Below, piece after piece: positions 1 through 14,830 of a stretch of DNA of 64,000 bases; position 1 is the stretch's first letter; each line of letters opens with the position of its first letter. Origin of the DNA: the human T2T-CHM13v2.0 reference genome, Homo sapiens. The stretch lies in the NCBI RefSeq assembly GCF_009914755.1, contig NC_060942.1; one strand, 5' to 3'. The notes beneath the pieces are model-generated. The model saw only the letters and a program-made list of their open reading frames with translations. It ran no database searches and was not told the origin of the DNA. The position numbers were made by a program, and so were the translations under genes.

Positions 1-2338
1 CAAGAAACATGCTCAGGGTAGACTTATACTTTAGAGAAAATTATACTGGAGGACATAATAATAAAAACTATGCAGTTATATGAAAGCCTCCACATATTAA
101 GAATATATGATCAAGGTAGCCTCAGACAGAGAGGCAGTTGCAAAATTTCTGTGGATTTCACAGTTAAGTAAACACCAAATGGATATCAAATGTCTGTTTC
201 ATTTTGTTCTCCAGAGCAGTTTATTCTGCATATTGCTTTATATTTTTAATTTTTACATACTTTCCTTAAGGCTGGCTATTCCCATTAACAAATAGCATTG
301 GCATGATGATCTGTTAAAACATGGCTTTTGTTTCAGAAAAGCATGATATGGAACCAAGCATATTATCAAATGAAGAAAAAAATTAAAAGATGAGGAATAT
401 GCTCCATGTCATTGAGAATTCTTAATGTTTTTAATCAAATCTAACTCCATTTCCATAGAGCAACGTGAGTTGTCTTGACTACTTTATGCTGAGTTATTCA
501 CAGAATATTTCTCAGAAAAGGTGAGATGTGAAACCCATTTAAAAAATGGGCTGGATGAACAGATAGAGAAAGAGCTTGATAGTCACTTAAGAGAATGAAT
601 ATAAATTATCAAGTTTTTGCATCAGGCAGAGAAGAACTTAACAAAAAGAACCTAGGGTTAATGAATCTTGGATTCATTAACAGAAAACACAATGTCCAGC
701 CTCCTGTTCATGGACAAAGTCTTATAAGAAATTACTGTAGTTTCTTATTCCATACGTTTGTCTCTGGCTAAAGCTTCAACTGCTTCTATGAAACTACCAT
801 CTTTAGTGTCATCCAGGATTGCTTTATTGCTACACGCAGGGGACATTTATGCTGGATCACTCTTTAGCTTTTCCCGTTGTGAAATATTCTTCATTGTCAA
901 TTCTTTCTTTCATTAATTTTTGCTATGTCTTATTCTTCTATTGGTCTTTTAAACCTGTTAGACACTTGTTCTCAGGCTTCTTTTTTTTAATTCTTATTCT
1001 TAAAATCTTTTTTACCACAAAATAAAAAATAAATACAGGTGCAAAATTTCCTTGTAACTAACACCTAAGTCAAGAAACAGTTTTCCCAGCCACTCCAGAA
1101 AGCCTATCCCTGTGCTAATTAGACTCTTCTCTTCCACTAAGAGAAGCCACTATTTTGACTTATAGAATAAGTGCCTATGGTACATCCTTAAACCCTATGG
1201 TTTTTCCCTTTATTTAAATGTCTTTAAGTCTGAATGTTCCACAGACTCTCTGTGACCCCACCTTCATTTGTGGCAGAATCTGCCTTATTCAAGGAAAGAA
1301 ATATTTCTTGAGCCCCTATTGTGTGCTGTCTTGTAATTGACTCTTCATTTTATAGGTCAGGTAAGAGGTAAGGAGAAGTTTGACTTCCTATCTTCCTAAC
1401 TAGTATAAGGGCAGGGAGGGGATGAGGAGATAGCAAAAGAATATTCACTCCCCAAACTCAGTGTTCTTTCCACATACTCCTCAAATTTCCAGCCAAATGA
1501 TTAATCTCATGGACAAAGCTTCTAGGAGAGGAAATGGAAATGCCAGAGAGGGGCAAAAGGAGCCACCTGGAATATGTGCTACAGGCTACTGTGCTTAACC
1601 ACTCCCAGGAATGTGGAGACGTGCATGTCCATGAAACTGAATACAGTAACAGCACACAGTGAGTGCGCCATTACTCTGTTCCCCATGCAAACATGATGGA
1701 AATCAGGTGTGTTTTTGGAAACCCTTATTACCTCTCCTGTAATGGTGGAAATAGCAAGACTAGAGACACCAAAAGATTAGCTTAAGGTCACCCTGTAGGT
1801 GCTGGCAGAGAAAGAAACAGAAACTTGTCTCTCCCAGTGCCTCACGGAGGTGACCTCAGGAATCTGAGTTTACAATAACGCAGGAACTTAAGGAGCTAAT
1901 GGTTCCTTGAGCCAGAGGAAACAGACTCAAACTGAATTCTGGGAGAATTTCTTCTGGTGAGTGATGGCCAGTCCAAGAGAGATCTTCCCTGGAGGTCTAG
2001 TCCCTACAGATTCCGAGCCAGATTAAAAGCAGGTCTAGAAAACTTACAGCCCAGGACAGCAAATTATTATTGGAGATTTCCATGTAGATGAAGTGCCCAT
2101 CACTCAGAAGCACATCAACACCACACAGACTGAAGGGACTGGCATTTGCTTTCCATTGTTTTCTGTTTTTCAAAGTACTAGGGGCATGAGGGGCGGCTTG
2201 AAAGGGAACTGTCAGGAAGTGAGCACTGGCCAAGCCTGGTGAGAAGCAACACTGAAGAAGACTTCAGCCTCCCTGTATGCATCCTTTATCTCCTAACAAA
2301 TTTGACTTATCATTATCTACTTCATAAATGAGAAAATG

Positions 2339-2683
2339 GGCAGGGCACAGTGGCTCATGCTTATAATCCCAGCACTTTGGAGGCCAAGGTGGGCAGATCA
2401 CTTGAGGCCAGGAGTTCGAGACCAGCCTGGCCAACAGGCAAACCCTCATCTCTACTAAAAATACAAAAATTAGCCCAGGGTGGTGGCGGACGCCTGTAAT
2501 TCCAGCTTCTTGGGAGGCTGAAGCAGGAGAATCACTTGAAGCCAGGAGGCAGAGGTAGTAGTGAGTGAAGATCATGCCATCGCACTCCAGCCTGGGCTGC
2601 AAGAGTGAAACTCTGCCTCAAAATAAATAAAATAAAATAAAATAAAATAAAATAAAATAAAATAAAATAAAATAAAATAAAAT
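2339..2683 (+). mobile_element. AluS (AluSq/Sx-like) SINE with (TAAAA)n tail
   Basis: GGCAGGGCACAGTGGCTCATGC...TAATCCCAGCACTTTGGAGG; dimer with TACTAAAAATACAAAAATTAGC linker; tail 2620-2683 is an (AAAAT)n array. Confidence 0.95.
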
Positions 2684-3178
2684 AGAAAATAAGACTAGGT
2701 AGCATGGTTCATCCAAACTTCCCCAGCGAGTAAATATCATAGGCTGGGAGTTACTCAGGCAATTTGTTTCTTTTATAAAGCCTGGAAGTTTAACCACAAC
2801 ACTTACTACGGCTTTCCCTTTGATATTTCTGTTGTGCCTGGGACAGTGCTTTTAACTTAATATGTGCTCAATAAATGATTAAAAGAGTGTAAAATAAATT
2901 ATTGAATTATTCTCTATTCTGGGAGGCAAAAATTGAGTCAAGGAGAAGAATATTAGCAATATGATTATCTGAGAAACGCCAAACACCACCCAGATGAAAA
3001 TCTAACATATTGTTTTGGTGTAAAACCATTCACACTCCTTACCCAAAAGCGTCAATCAGATGGCACTTTTGAACTCATAGGAGCAAATTTTTTTTTTTTT
3101 GCAAAGGGTGTATACAAATTAAAAAAGATTGAGCCACCACTAGCATTTTTTTATTCAAAAATGATAGATTAGACAGAT

Positions 3179-3228
<50 letters not shown>

Positions 3229-3234
3229 CAGATA
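3179..3234 (+). repeat. (GATA)12 tetranucleotide STR followed by GACA GATA
   Basis: 12 uninterrupted GATA units at 3179-3226. Confidence 0.95.
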
Positions 3235-4701
3235 GGCAGGCAAACATGGTTCCTGCATTTTATCATATTTGTAAAATTCTATGTTGCCTTATAATTCGGA
3301 AATTTGAATATGATTCTTTGTTCTATCTCATAATTGTGCTACTGTAGATTTAGATAATATATCCCTAACATATGTGTGATGTTAAGGAATGCTAGTGTAG
3401 TTGGAAGTAGGAATAGTGTGTTATATTATAGCTTTATTTGTCATTATGAATAGAATTATGTCAAAATGCTCAAAAAGTGCTTTCCATTTTTCTTTTTCAC
3501 ATAGATTTAAAATAATGATTTTCACACTATAAATACACAAATATAACTTTGCTTTACATTTTAATGAATGCATACCTTAATTCATAATTTCAATGCTCAT
3601 TCAATGTAACAACTTTATTAAGCTTTCAACTGATTTTTTTCTCTCTCTTTCTGAAAGCTGGAGGAAAAGAGCTCATCACTCATTCCATTTCTATAATTAT
3701 GTCAGAGGAAATCAGTCAAAACAACAAAAATATGGAGAGATGTTTGTATAAGGATAAACTAACAAGTAAAATTATCTAGAAGCATTACGTGAATTCTTAA
3801 AGGTGATATAATTTATACCTATAGGATCATGAAGGGAAATAGAGTAGGAATTTGGAGATATCACAAAAGACACTCCAATCTTGCTGTTTACGTCATAAAA
3901 GACACTCTCAGGTTTCTAAATAAAACTGTGTTCCCTGATGTCCTCATGAGAGAGAGGGCCCTGTACTTACTACATGCAGAAACAAGGACAATGCCTTAGT
4001 CATTAATCCTAATCCAAAGGATGTTGTATTAACTCATATTCTGATACTCATTGCTCCATTGAAATTGGAAGAATCCATGAGAGTTGATCTCTGGAAATGA
4101 GTGTTCTATAGATATAAGAAAATGTATGTTATAGATGACTTCATTAAGAAATTACTAACATTAACCACTAATGTTATTATTATTTTCTCCATAACAATAA
4201 ATCATATAAAATGCGTTTCTTTTGAGTTTTTACACAGGAGAAATTCAGAGGAGGGGAAAACAAGGAATACATCTGGCCCCTGAATTGTGTTGACCATTCC
4301 CCTCCTTTCAATACTAATTTCCCCAAACTAATAAGTTCCCAGCTGCTGCCACAACAAAATATTCCGAGAAGAGACCTCCATATGCTGTTGCAAAGCTGCT
4401 CACACTCATCTGCTGTGGGAAGTTTGTAGACCTGAAGTAGCAGCTGCCATACACTTGTTCTCCATTGTAGCTCAACACTGGCTGCGCACAGAAAGGCTGA
4501 TGCGGCTTGAGAGCAACCAAGTAGGTGAGGGAAAAGTAGTTACTTGGGGATTCCCAGGGAAATTCAACTGCTACTGAGCCTCTGTCAGTAGAAGCTGGGA
4601 CATAAAACTGCTTCTCCAGAAACATGGATGTTGTTTTTGTCTGAAAGAATAACTCCTTGAGTGAGCCTCCTTCATCTCATTTCGTGATATATGACATGAA
4701 A

Positions 4702-4788
4702 TATATGTTATACATTATGTTTTACGTATATGTTATACATATAATATGATGTCTTTTATGTATATGTTATACATATAACATGATGTCC
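4702..4788. repeat. Short imperfect tandem repeat (unit ~GTATATGTTATACATATAAYATGATGTC)
   Basis: TATATGTTATACAT occurs three times; the last two copies extend with ATAA(T/C)ATGATGTC. Confidence 0.75.
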
Positions 4789-5119
4789 AGTACTTGACAG
4801 ACTTTTTTTATTGTGGGAAAAAGCAAATACAAGAAATAAATTATTTTATTTTTAGGGCTAAAGCAATAAATCTCATAAGAAAAGCAACAGCAGATTACTA
4901 TGGAGCATGCAGATTGAGTTCCGTATGGTAAAGTCCAGTTGGGTAGTCTGTGGACTCTGATATTGGCCATAAAGGAGAAAATAATAGTTACTATCTTAGC
5001 AATTTATTGTCATAATGTATTTGCTTATAGATTCATCCTATTTTGCTATAATTTATCCTATTTGACAGAAATAAGGCTGTGTGTTCTCTGAATTCTGTTA
5101 AGCACTCCCCCAATATACA

Positions 5120-5505
5120 ACAAGACCTGATGTCCCCACTAGCCTTATATTTGGCAGGTCACCTTTGCCATTGGACTGAGTTATAGCCAAGGAAATGTGG
5201 TTGGTTCTGATTTATCTTACTTCCAGGACTGGCACCTAAAAAAGTCACTCACATAATAATGCATATTGTCTTTTTATGTTCATTTGGTCACCAGATACTG
5301 GTAAATCATTGTTGGACTCCAAGACCTTTGTAGAATGTTGGCAGTTTCTGTCCCTGAATAGATTATTGGAGGAGAATCATATTAAAGGAATCACCTGAGC
5401 AGAAACACCCACATCGGACTGTAACATAATTGAGGAATAATTATTTTTTGTAATGACTTAGATATGAGTGTTTCATTATAGCAACTAACCTAACTGAATA
5501 ATACA
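5120..5505 (+). mobile_element. Old MaLR LTR (MLT1 I/J-like), degraded
   Basis: GGACTGAGTTATAGCCAAGGAAATGTGG, ACTTCCAGGACTGG and a 3' end ...ATAGCAAC...GAATAATACA typical of MLT1. Confidence 0.55.
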
Positions 5506-6860
5506 TCCATCTTACCCCAAAAAAGAATTTAATTTTACCGAAGTTAAAATTATTAATTTTAGGTTACACAAATAGTAGGCATCTTTTCTGGAATGCCAAT
5601 TTAAATAAATCTGAACATGCACACACACACACACACACAGTGTAGACTTCTATCTATTTACTTATGATTTGATTCAGGTAGGAGCCAATTTTCTAAAATG
5701 CTCCTTTCTCCCAAGTCATATAATCTCAGAACTCACAATGGTGGCTTACCCTTGGAATAGAGGCCAGGACAATGTCTGCAAAAACAAACAAATCAAGCAA
5801 TTGTGACAATATCATTGCAGTGTCATTTGATGGGTCAAAAAATTACTCACAGAAAATGGACCACAAAAGCATTACTTGGGACTTTGTTGCTGAAAAAATG
5901 AATGCCTGAAGGCAAGCACATTAGGTAAAGAAAAGACTTGTTGTCTGATTTTTTTCCTCCCATGTGATGTCATCATGGTAAAACAGTATCACAAAATAAA
6001 GGCCCTACAAGGATACCTTTATCTTTCAAATTCTATGACTACAGAACACTGCATTTTTAAACTTCTAGAGGCAAATTTGTTTGTTACTAATTCTTAACCA
6101 ATTCTAACTTAGAAACAACATAATCTATAATTGGGATTTTAAAAGAAGAAAAAGAGAAAATATGACCAATATGAAAGCAAGCAATCCAAAGAGCAGTGCA
6201 AGAAAATAAAAATGTGAAATCTCTAACAGGGCTGTTCGTGGGCCTTGTCACTTATTATAGTAATATCATGTTAAAATCCTATTAGTGGTTAAACAAAATA
6301 TCCAGAAGTAAAATAATCAAATCAGCCTTTTATATGTACAGAATTATTAGCAAATTGATTTGAAATGTGGAAGTCAGTGCTAGAAATTGGGGTTTGCAAT
6401 TTGAAATCTTTCCGCAAAAATGTCTAAATTAACAATGGTTGTTTACCACAGTGGAGGTTATTCTGCTTGCTACCTAAATAAAACCAAAAAATATGTGAAA
6501 CAGCTAAAACAGAATGGAAATGACTGCAGAATAAGTAAATGAATCCTTATTTTCATAAAAAAATAATAATTTCAAAAGATAATTAGCAACCTCAAACCTC
6601 AACAAGCAATATTTGGATATGGATGAGGGACGATTTGCATTATGGTGAAAATAAGGAAACTCTTGATTATGTCCAAGCAAAATTAATGTAGATTCCCCTA
6701 GCATGTGTATTCATGTTATAACAGTACAGAATCCCAAGTCCATGATGCTAAAGCTGTACATCTGAAACTGATCAGATAACAAGAGCGTGATAGAGAGAAA
6801 GGAAGAGAAAGAGACCAAAAAAAAAAATCCCATAATGATTGTGTTTCAAGAGAATGTAAG

Positions 6861-7208
<348 letters not shown>

Positions 7209-9499
7209 CTAATGGGTGCAGCTCACTAAGAAGAGGCATGAGTTGTTATATATGTATTTATTTTAGATACTAAATGTATTTAAAACTTGTAGTAACCTAG
7301 GTTATTGAGACTTTAAGAGAAAACATATTTTTTTCTACCTTCTGCTTTAAATCCAGAATTCACTGAAGCCATTGAATTTCTTTTAAATTTCCACTTTAAA
7401 AAAAACACTCTTATTTTTAAATCATAGCTTTTGTTCCAAAGAACAAATCAGAGAAACAATGTTTTATTTCAGGTTGAACTTGGAGACTATGTATATTTGT
7501 CTCCCAGCTTTGAAAACCTGGTGCTGAGAACCAACACACAAAACTATGGCAGGTTCAAATTGCCTGTGAGATTCCTGTCTTCAAATATATTCATCCGATG
7601 ATTCCCATTTTATCTTTTTTAAATAAAGGTTTTTTGAATCATAAAAAATAAATATGCCATGAGTTTGGAGATTGCTTTCCTCTTTTTCCTGTTGACTGGT
7701 TCATGCTGCGTTAGTGGGATAATTCTTTATCCAAAGCGCTGGCACTCTGGTGCCATCAAACAGTGATGATTTTTGCCTTATTGCATTTAGCAGCACTTCA
7801 GCATTATGGCTGCATGCTTCCTCAGGGAACAGGAGGGGGCTGGAAAAAAATAGAAAGAAGCAAAATAAAGACAGAAAGAAATAATCATCGGAGAACATCC
7901 TCAGGGAGTACAGAAAAGCAAAAGCCAAAGAAAGTAACAGCTTACAGTGTCATGAAAATTGTGTGAACCTGTAACAGGGGGAAATATGTGTTTGATAGAA
8001 TTTAAATTATTTAAGACCCTAGAAAGAGATTTTATTCATCTTCTGCTTTCAGAGAAGAAGCATCTGCAAATGATTTTATTTACCTCTTTCCCTTATTTTT
8101 TTCCTATCTTTAAATCTTACTTTCAATCTTTAATGCTAGATTGAAATAAGTAAGGTTATTATTCTGCATTGTTGAATTACTTTTTTATTTATTTGTTTTG
8201 CTGTGCTACACCTAGTTATAACTGTTGTGATGATATATTATAAGTAGATATCACAAAGTCAACCAAAGTGTAGACAATCTTCCTGTTTTAAATTAACTTC
8301 ATTTTTGCAGTGCCAAATAGCATTAGATTGTGGCTTTTTGGTATTGGTACCACTGTTTTTGGTGGGACATCATTGTATATGAATAAAACTTTTGAAGGTT
8401 GGGCATCATTTATATTCCTTTAGAAGACCAGAAAAAGAGTTGCCTCAACTTCTCCAATTTTTGAAAATAGAAAATTATCTAAAAGGAGAGTGAATGAAGT
8501 AGGTAATGTTTTAAAAATTTAAAATATGAGGAAGCACAGAGAGCACACCATGTATTAGTAAGAAAAAATTAGTACCAGCACCAGTAGGAAACAAGCGGTT
8601 GTTTTGATGTCAAATATTGTATATATTTTTTCTTTTTATAGCTATTTTGGTCTGAGGTGGTCATTTGTCTATGACTCAGAAGATACTGAAGCCATCTGAC
8701 TTCTTTGGAGCTGTATTTATCTTAGTGAAGGTTAATGACGTGGTTTCATGGAGCATAGGGAAACAAATCTTAATCTTCAAAATGGGTTCGCTTTTTATAG
8801 AGACACAGAATCACAACATGTACAGTAAAACATAAAGAAACTCTAACATCATCTCCTATTTTCCTATGACTCTCAAAAAAACAAAGTGGAGGTTTTCTTC
8901 TCAAAGAGTAGAGTTAAGGGTGACATTTTCTCAGCTGTCTAATTATATTGACAACAAAGTAGGGTTGTGAAATCAATTATAATAGGCTGCATGTCCTCAA
9001 AGAAACTGAGTCTTTCCTTGTCTGCTGTGGAAGGTCTTTGTAAGTGCTGAGTGGTATGGAACAAATGGACATCTTCTTCTCTTACGCTGTCATAAAGACA
9101 AGGATATTAAGCTTTCCTTTGTTGGAAGGTGTTGCATGAAATTCATGCCCTTGTTAAGGTAGCCAGCTATTTAAGGTATTTGCTTCTTAGAAACAAGAAC
9201 TTCAGAGTGAGCCATGGTGAAAGTTTAGCAAAAGGCCAATATTACTCACCTGGCAGATATAGCACTGGCACCTAAAGTTTAGATGGAGTGGCATCCACTG
9301 GCTTTCCAGTAAAGACATTCAGACTATCAGACTATAATTAATTTAAGGACACTTCAGTCAGCAACAAAGTGATATCTTTTTAGGGAGTAAGAGACTCATT
9401 GAAAATGGTCATCCAAAAGCGTAATAGGCAGTAGAGAATAAATTAATACTTAATAAGGAACTTAAGTTTCCTAAGTAGACACAGTGATTTTTTAAATAA

Positions 9500-9853
<354 letters not shown>

Positions 9854-10139
9854 TCAAGTTAGAGTCTGAAAAAACATTATACATTAAGTTTTTACATAGT
9901 ATTTATCTACTGACTATATCCTGTTAGTTTAATAGAAAAGTATTCTCATTTTATAGGAAAGGAAATTGAGACTCCAAGTACTTGTAAGATTTGATAAAGA
10001 TACCACATAATAATATGCTAAGTCAGAATTCTACGTGGCATTCTAACACACAGCATCAGACTTGAAAACACTGACCCATATTCAACTCCATGAGGTATAT
10101 CCCATATCAGGGAAGCTGGGTGTCTAGTGGGGAGATTTT

Positions 10140-10613
<474 letters not shown>

Positions 10614-11453
10614 GGTTGTCATTTTTAATCTATTTTCATTCCACCACTTCCCAGGATTGGAACATAGAGCAACCACTAACTTCACTTGTTCCCATTATCA
10701 GTGTCTTGAGAGAAGGATAATATTCTCTGCTTGTGAGACATGGATGCCCAGAGAGGGTAAAGAATGTGGCAATTCTTCTTAATAGAGATCTTACGCCAAC
10801 TGAGAATTACAATAATAGCTATAATTTATTATTGTGAAAGTGTGTTTCATGCTCTGTAGAAAAATGTAGAGTTGGGAAGCCAACAGATATATCTTGCTAT
10901 CCTGACTTCAGAGTCCATAGCACTGTCCTCTAGGTTGTATCACCTGATTGCAAATAACACAGAGATAAAAATGATATAGTTCACTTCAGCTACATTTTTC
11001 CCTGTCCAGAAGATCCAAGAACTACTTTTAAGATATGACACATTACATTCATGTTACATTGACCACTAAAATGAACACTATGCTCTAACATCAAAGTTTG
11101 GGAATATTGTTTTAGAAATAGTATTATAGGAGACATCCAATGAATTGTGTTACTCAGGGGAGAAGAAACAATAGCTGTGTTTTATTTAGCTACCCTGCAT
11201 CATTCTTGAACCATAGACTCCTGATTAATAGCTCAGTGGGATTCCAGACGGCATACAATATGACCCACTCAGCTTCATGAATTGGAAGATTGAGGCACAC
11301 AGGATAATAAAACAGTAAATGCCACCTATAATATGTATTGCTAATCAACCTTACACATATTTTAACTTATCAAATATTTTTAAGATTTTTAATAGTGGCT
11401 ATCCAAATCCCAGAATATTTAAAGTACTCTTTACAGTTCTTGCCCACACCTGG

Positions 11454-11833
11454 TGATATGGTTTGGCTGTGTCCTCACCCAAATTTAGTCTTGAATTGTA
11501 GCTGCATCATCCTCACATGTCATGTCGTGGGAGAGACTAGGTGGAGATAATTGAATTATGAGGGTGATTTCTCCCATCCTGTTCTTGTGATATTGAGTTA
11601 GCTCTCATGAAATCTGATGATTTCATAAGGGGCTTCCTCCTCCAGTGGGCACTCATTCTTCTCCTTTTTGCTGCCATGTGAAGACGATGTGTTTACTTCC
11701 CCTTCTGCCATGATTGTAAGTTTCCTGAGGCCTCCCCGGTTATGCTGAACTGTGAGACAATTAAATCTCTTTTCTTTATAAATTACCCAGTCTTGGGTAT
11801 GTCCTTACAGCAGCATGAGAACAGACTAATACA
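11454..11833 (+). mobile_element. THE1 (C/D-like) MaLR solo LTR
   Basis: Starts TGATATGGTTTGGCTGTGTCC, ends ACAGACTAATACA; contains TTTCCTGAGGCCTCCCC and ATTAAA poly-A signal. Confidence 0.92.
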
Positions 11834-11939
11834 GCTAGAGATTCTGAAAAGTTTTTATGATTGATTAAAATAGAGTCATATTACTCACCATGTAAGGTGG
11901 GTTTAAAAGAAAGGTGGTATTTTTTTCCTCGTAGCTCGT

Positions 11940-12440
11940 CATAGTTTTCTATGGTTACTATAACAAATAGCCTCAGTTTTAGAGTGTTAACACATCGTAC
12001 ATTTGTTATCTTACTGTGCTCAGGGTCCAAAGTCTGACATAAATCTTCTTGGGCTAAAATCAAGGTATTGGCAGGTCTGTATTCCTTCTGGAAACCTTAG
12101 GGCAGAATCCATTTATTTACCTTTTCCAGGCTCTATAGCATGCCTGCAATTCTTGGCTAGCAAGCCCCTTCCATCTTCAATGCTAGGGATGGCTCGTTGA
12201 GTCTTCCTCACATCTCAACCCTGTGACACCCTGCCTCCATGTCTCAATTCTAAGAACCTTTGGAATAACACTGGGCCCACCTGGATAATCCAGGATTATC
12301 CATCCCTCTCAAGGACACGTGATTAGCAAATGTAATTCTATCTGTAACCTTCATTCCCCTTTGCCATGTAATGTAACATATTCATAGGTTATGGGACTTA
12401 GGATATGTAAATTTTGGAGAGACCATTATCCTGCCTACCG
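11940..12440 (-). mobile_element. MLT1 (C/D-like) MaLR LTR
   Basis: GGGCTAAAATCAAGGTATTGGCAGG, GGGCCCACCTGGATAATCCAGGAT, TTGCCATGTAATGTAACATATTCA, ATTATCCTGCCTAC. Confidence 0.8.
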
Positions 12441-13227
12441 TATAGACCCTGCCAAGAGGATTCAGAAAACAAGAAGAAAAACCTCTATGCTCTTCAGAAA
12501 CAACTCATGCAGGAAACTAGAAGCTTGTGTGAATGAATTAGCAGAATTATCACAGTCATGCTCAGAATGACACAAAACTTAAGAATGGCCATAGGATGAT
12601 CTTATAGTCAATGACACTGATATCCTGCAAAAGAATCTCATCACTTCTAATTATTGCAAATTGTGAGAAATGGGATAGGGGAATGGTAAGGGAGAGCAAT
12701 TATTCTCATCCAGAGTTTGCCTAAAACACTGTCTCTAGAAGACCAGAATTTTTGATTCCTGGGCCCAACCCCTCAATTCATAACATATGAGCACACTAAC
12801 CACTGGAACTGAGCTTCCAGCTCTCTTTGACCAGAACTGGATAGGTAAGAAGGTATATACTTTAAATATGAAACATAACAGTTAATTTGGACTAATCTGA
12901 TCAAGGTGACTGAAGGTAGATATATAGGCAATGATGCTAATAATGGTACCTATGATACATTAGGAAATCAATGAACGTGTATAAATAAATGAATGAGCAA
13001 GATACATTATCTTGTATATATACAAATAATGTTACTAACATAGCAACAAATGTTTGGAGTTAAAATAGCTGAAACCTGTAAGATACATTTGTGGCTATAA
13101 TTAGGAACTGAACATGAAGATGTCAAACACATTCACCAAAATAGAATAACCGCCCAAAACTAACTCAAGGATAAGATTAAAATTTGTTCAATTGTTAATG
13201 CAGTTCTAATGAAATACACAGAAATCC

Positions 13228-13790
13228 TGGGGTTTGACAAATAATGTTCTCCAAAGATACCTATGTCCTAATTTCTGAAACCTGTAAATATGTTATATTA
13301 TATAGAAAAAGGACTTCACAGATGTAATTAAATTTATGGATCTCAAGGTGAGGGGATTATCCTGAATTATCCAAGTAAATTCAATCCAATTACATTATCT
13401 CTTAAAAGCAGATAATTTTGCCTGTTGATATCAGAGAAATGTGATGGAAGAAGAGGCAGGAGAGATTTCAAGTGTGAGAAAAACTTGACCCATAATTGCT
13501 GTCTTCAAAGATGGGCAGAGGCCACCACAAGTCAGAGAATGCAGAGGCTTCTAGAAGCTGGGGATAGTCTCATGCTGGTCGCTAGCAAGGGCATGGGACC
13601 TCAGTCTTAAAATTGCCAAGAACTGAATTTTGCCAAGAACCTGAATAAGCAGGACACAAATTTGTCCCTAGAGCATTCAGAATGGATCATAAGATTGCAA
13701 ACACCTTAATGTTAGCCTGGTGTTAGCTGCACTGGACTTCTGACATACAGAAGTGTGAGATAAGTTTGTCTTGTTTTAACTCTGTGGTTG
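13228..13790 (+). mobile_element. MLT1 (D/E-like) MaLR LTR
   Basis: CCAAAGATACCTATGTCCTAAT...ACCTGTAAATATGTTA...GGATTATCCTG...CTAGAAGCTGG...GGACTTCTGAC. Confidence 0.78.
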
Positions 13791-14419
13791 GTAACTCTTC
13801 TCACCCTAAAATTAAACAAGTTTTCAAGGTCTCTTCAGCATTAGCTTTTTCATTCAGGAGAGTCTGGGTTAAAAAAGAGCTTTCAAAGCAGGAAATGACT
13901 CACTCTGAAAGACCTACCTTGTCTCTATCATTTTATTCAGGCAGAATCAGATGATATTAAATATACACTTGAAGGTGAAAAGATTTCACAAGTGGGTGGT
14001 TTCTCCCTCCATGGTGTGAGCCTGGAAGGGTTGCCTGACACATCTCCCTGTTTAAACTTAGGAAATCCTTTCAGATGAATAGCTGAGCCTCCTTTCCTTC
14101 TCCTTCTTACCTCCCTCCTTGAATCACTGACCCAGAGTTACCAGTTCAGGGACACTTGAAGTAGAAGCCTGGAATTAATTGCACCAATTTTCTGGGTCTA
14201 AGTGATGTCTATCTTGTTGACCCAGGGTTGTAAAGTGAATAGTTACCTGCCAGGATGCGAGAGGTGCTTTGCAGATTCATCTTGGAGGACATTGCGTTAC
14301 AAAGAAATCTAACAGAGGAAATCTCAACTTTAAATGAGGTTTTGATTTAATCAAGATTTTTTTTTCATTGTTTTTATTCCAATCAGAACTTCTATGTTAT
14401 GGAATTGAAGATAAAGAAT

Positions 14420-14830
14420 ATAATGAAAGCTAAGTTACTCATTGTGGAGCTACCTTGGTCCAGAAATGATATTGGATATCTTGTTACTAAGGATCTTAAA
14501 TAACTGACTCCAAGCACATTACTTACACTACAATGTACTGGTTTGCAGATGATGCTAAATTGGGAAGAAAGGTCAACCCCGAAAAAAAAACAATCCTCAG
14601 GTAGGAGAAGAATAAGCTCACTTAAATACTTGGGCTAATAGATAGAAAATTCAATGCAGATAAATGCAGAATAATGAATCTTGTAGAATGTAATAAAAGA
14701 ACTTAATATCTGCCTAATAGGAAGGTACTACAGCATATTGACCTGGAGAGATATATGAGTTATTTTAACAGAAACCTATATTAAAGATTATTCAGCTCCA
14801 TTATTATTGAAAAAATGCAGTATGTTTTGT
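14420..14830 (+). mobile_element. CR1/L3 LINE reverse-transcriptase fossil
   Basis: In one frame 14542-14568 reads FADDAKLGR and 14647-14682 reads KFNADKCRIMNL, matching CR1 RT motifs FADDTKL and KFNxxKCKVMHL. Confidence 0.7.

Noticed and set aside
2264-2602. 112-aa ORF and the other Alu-derived ORFs (6883, 9515, 10267, 18135, 43196, 46482, 52198, 61888)
   Set aside because: They are translations of Alu sequence ([16 protein letters not shown] motifs), not genes.
4314-4625. 103-aa minus-strand ORF in unique-looking DNA
   Set aside because: No recognisable domain or exon context, and the length is within chance expectation.
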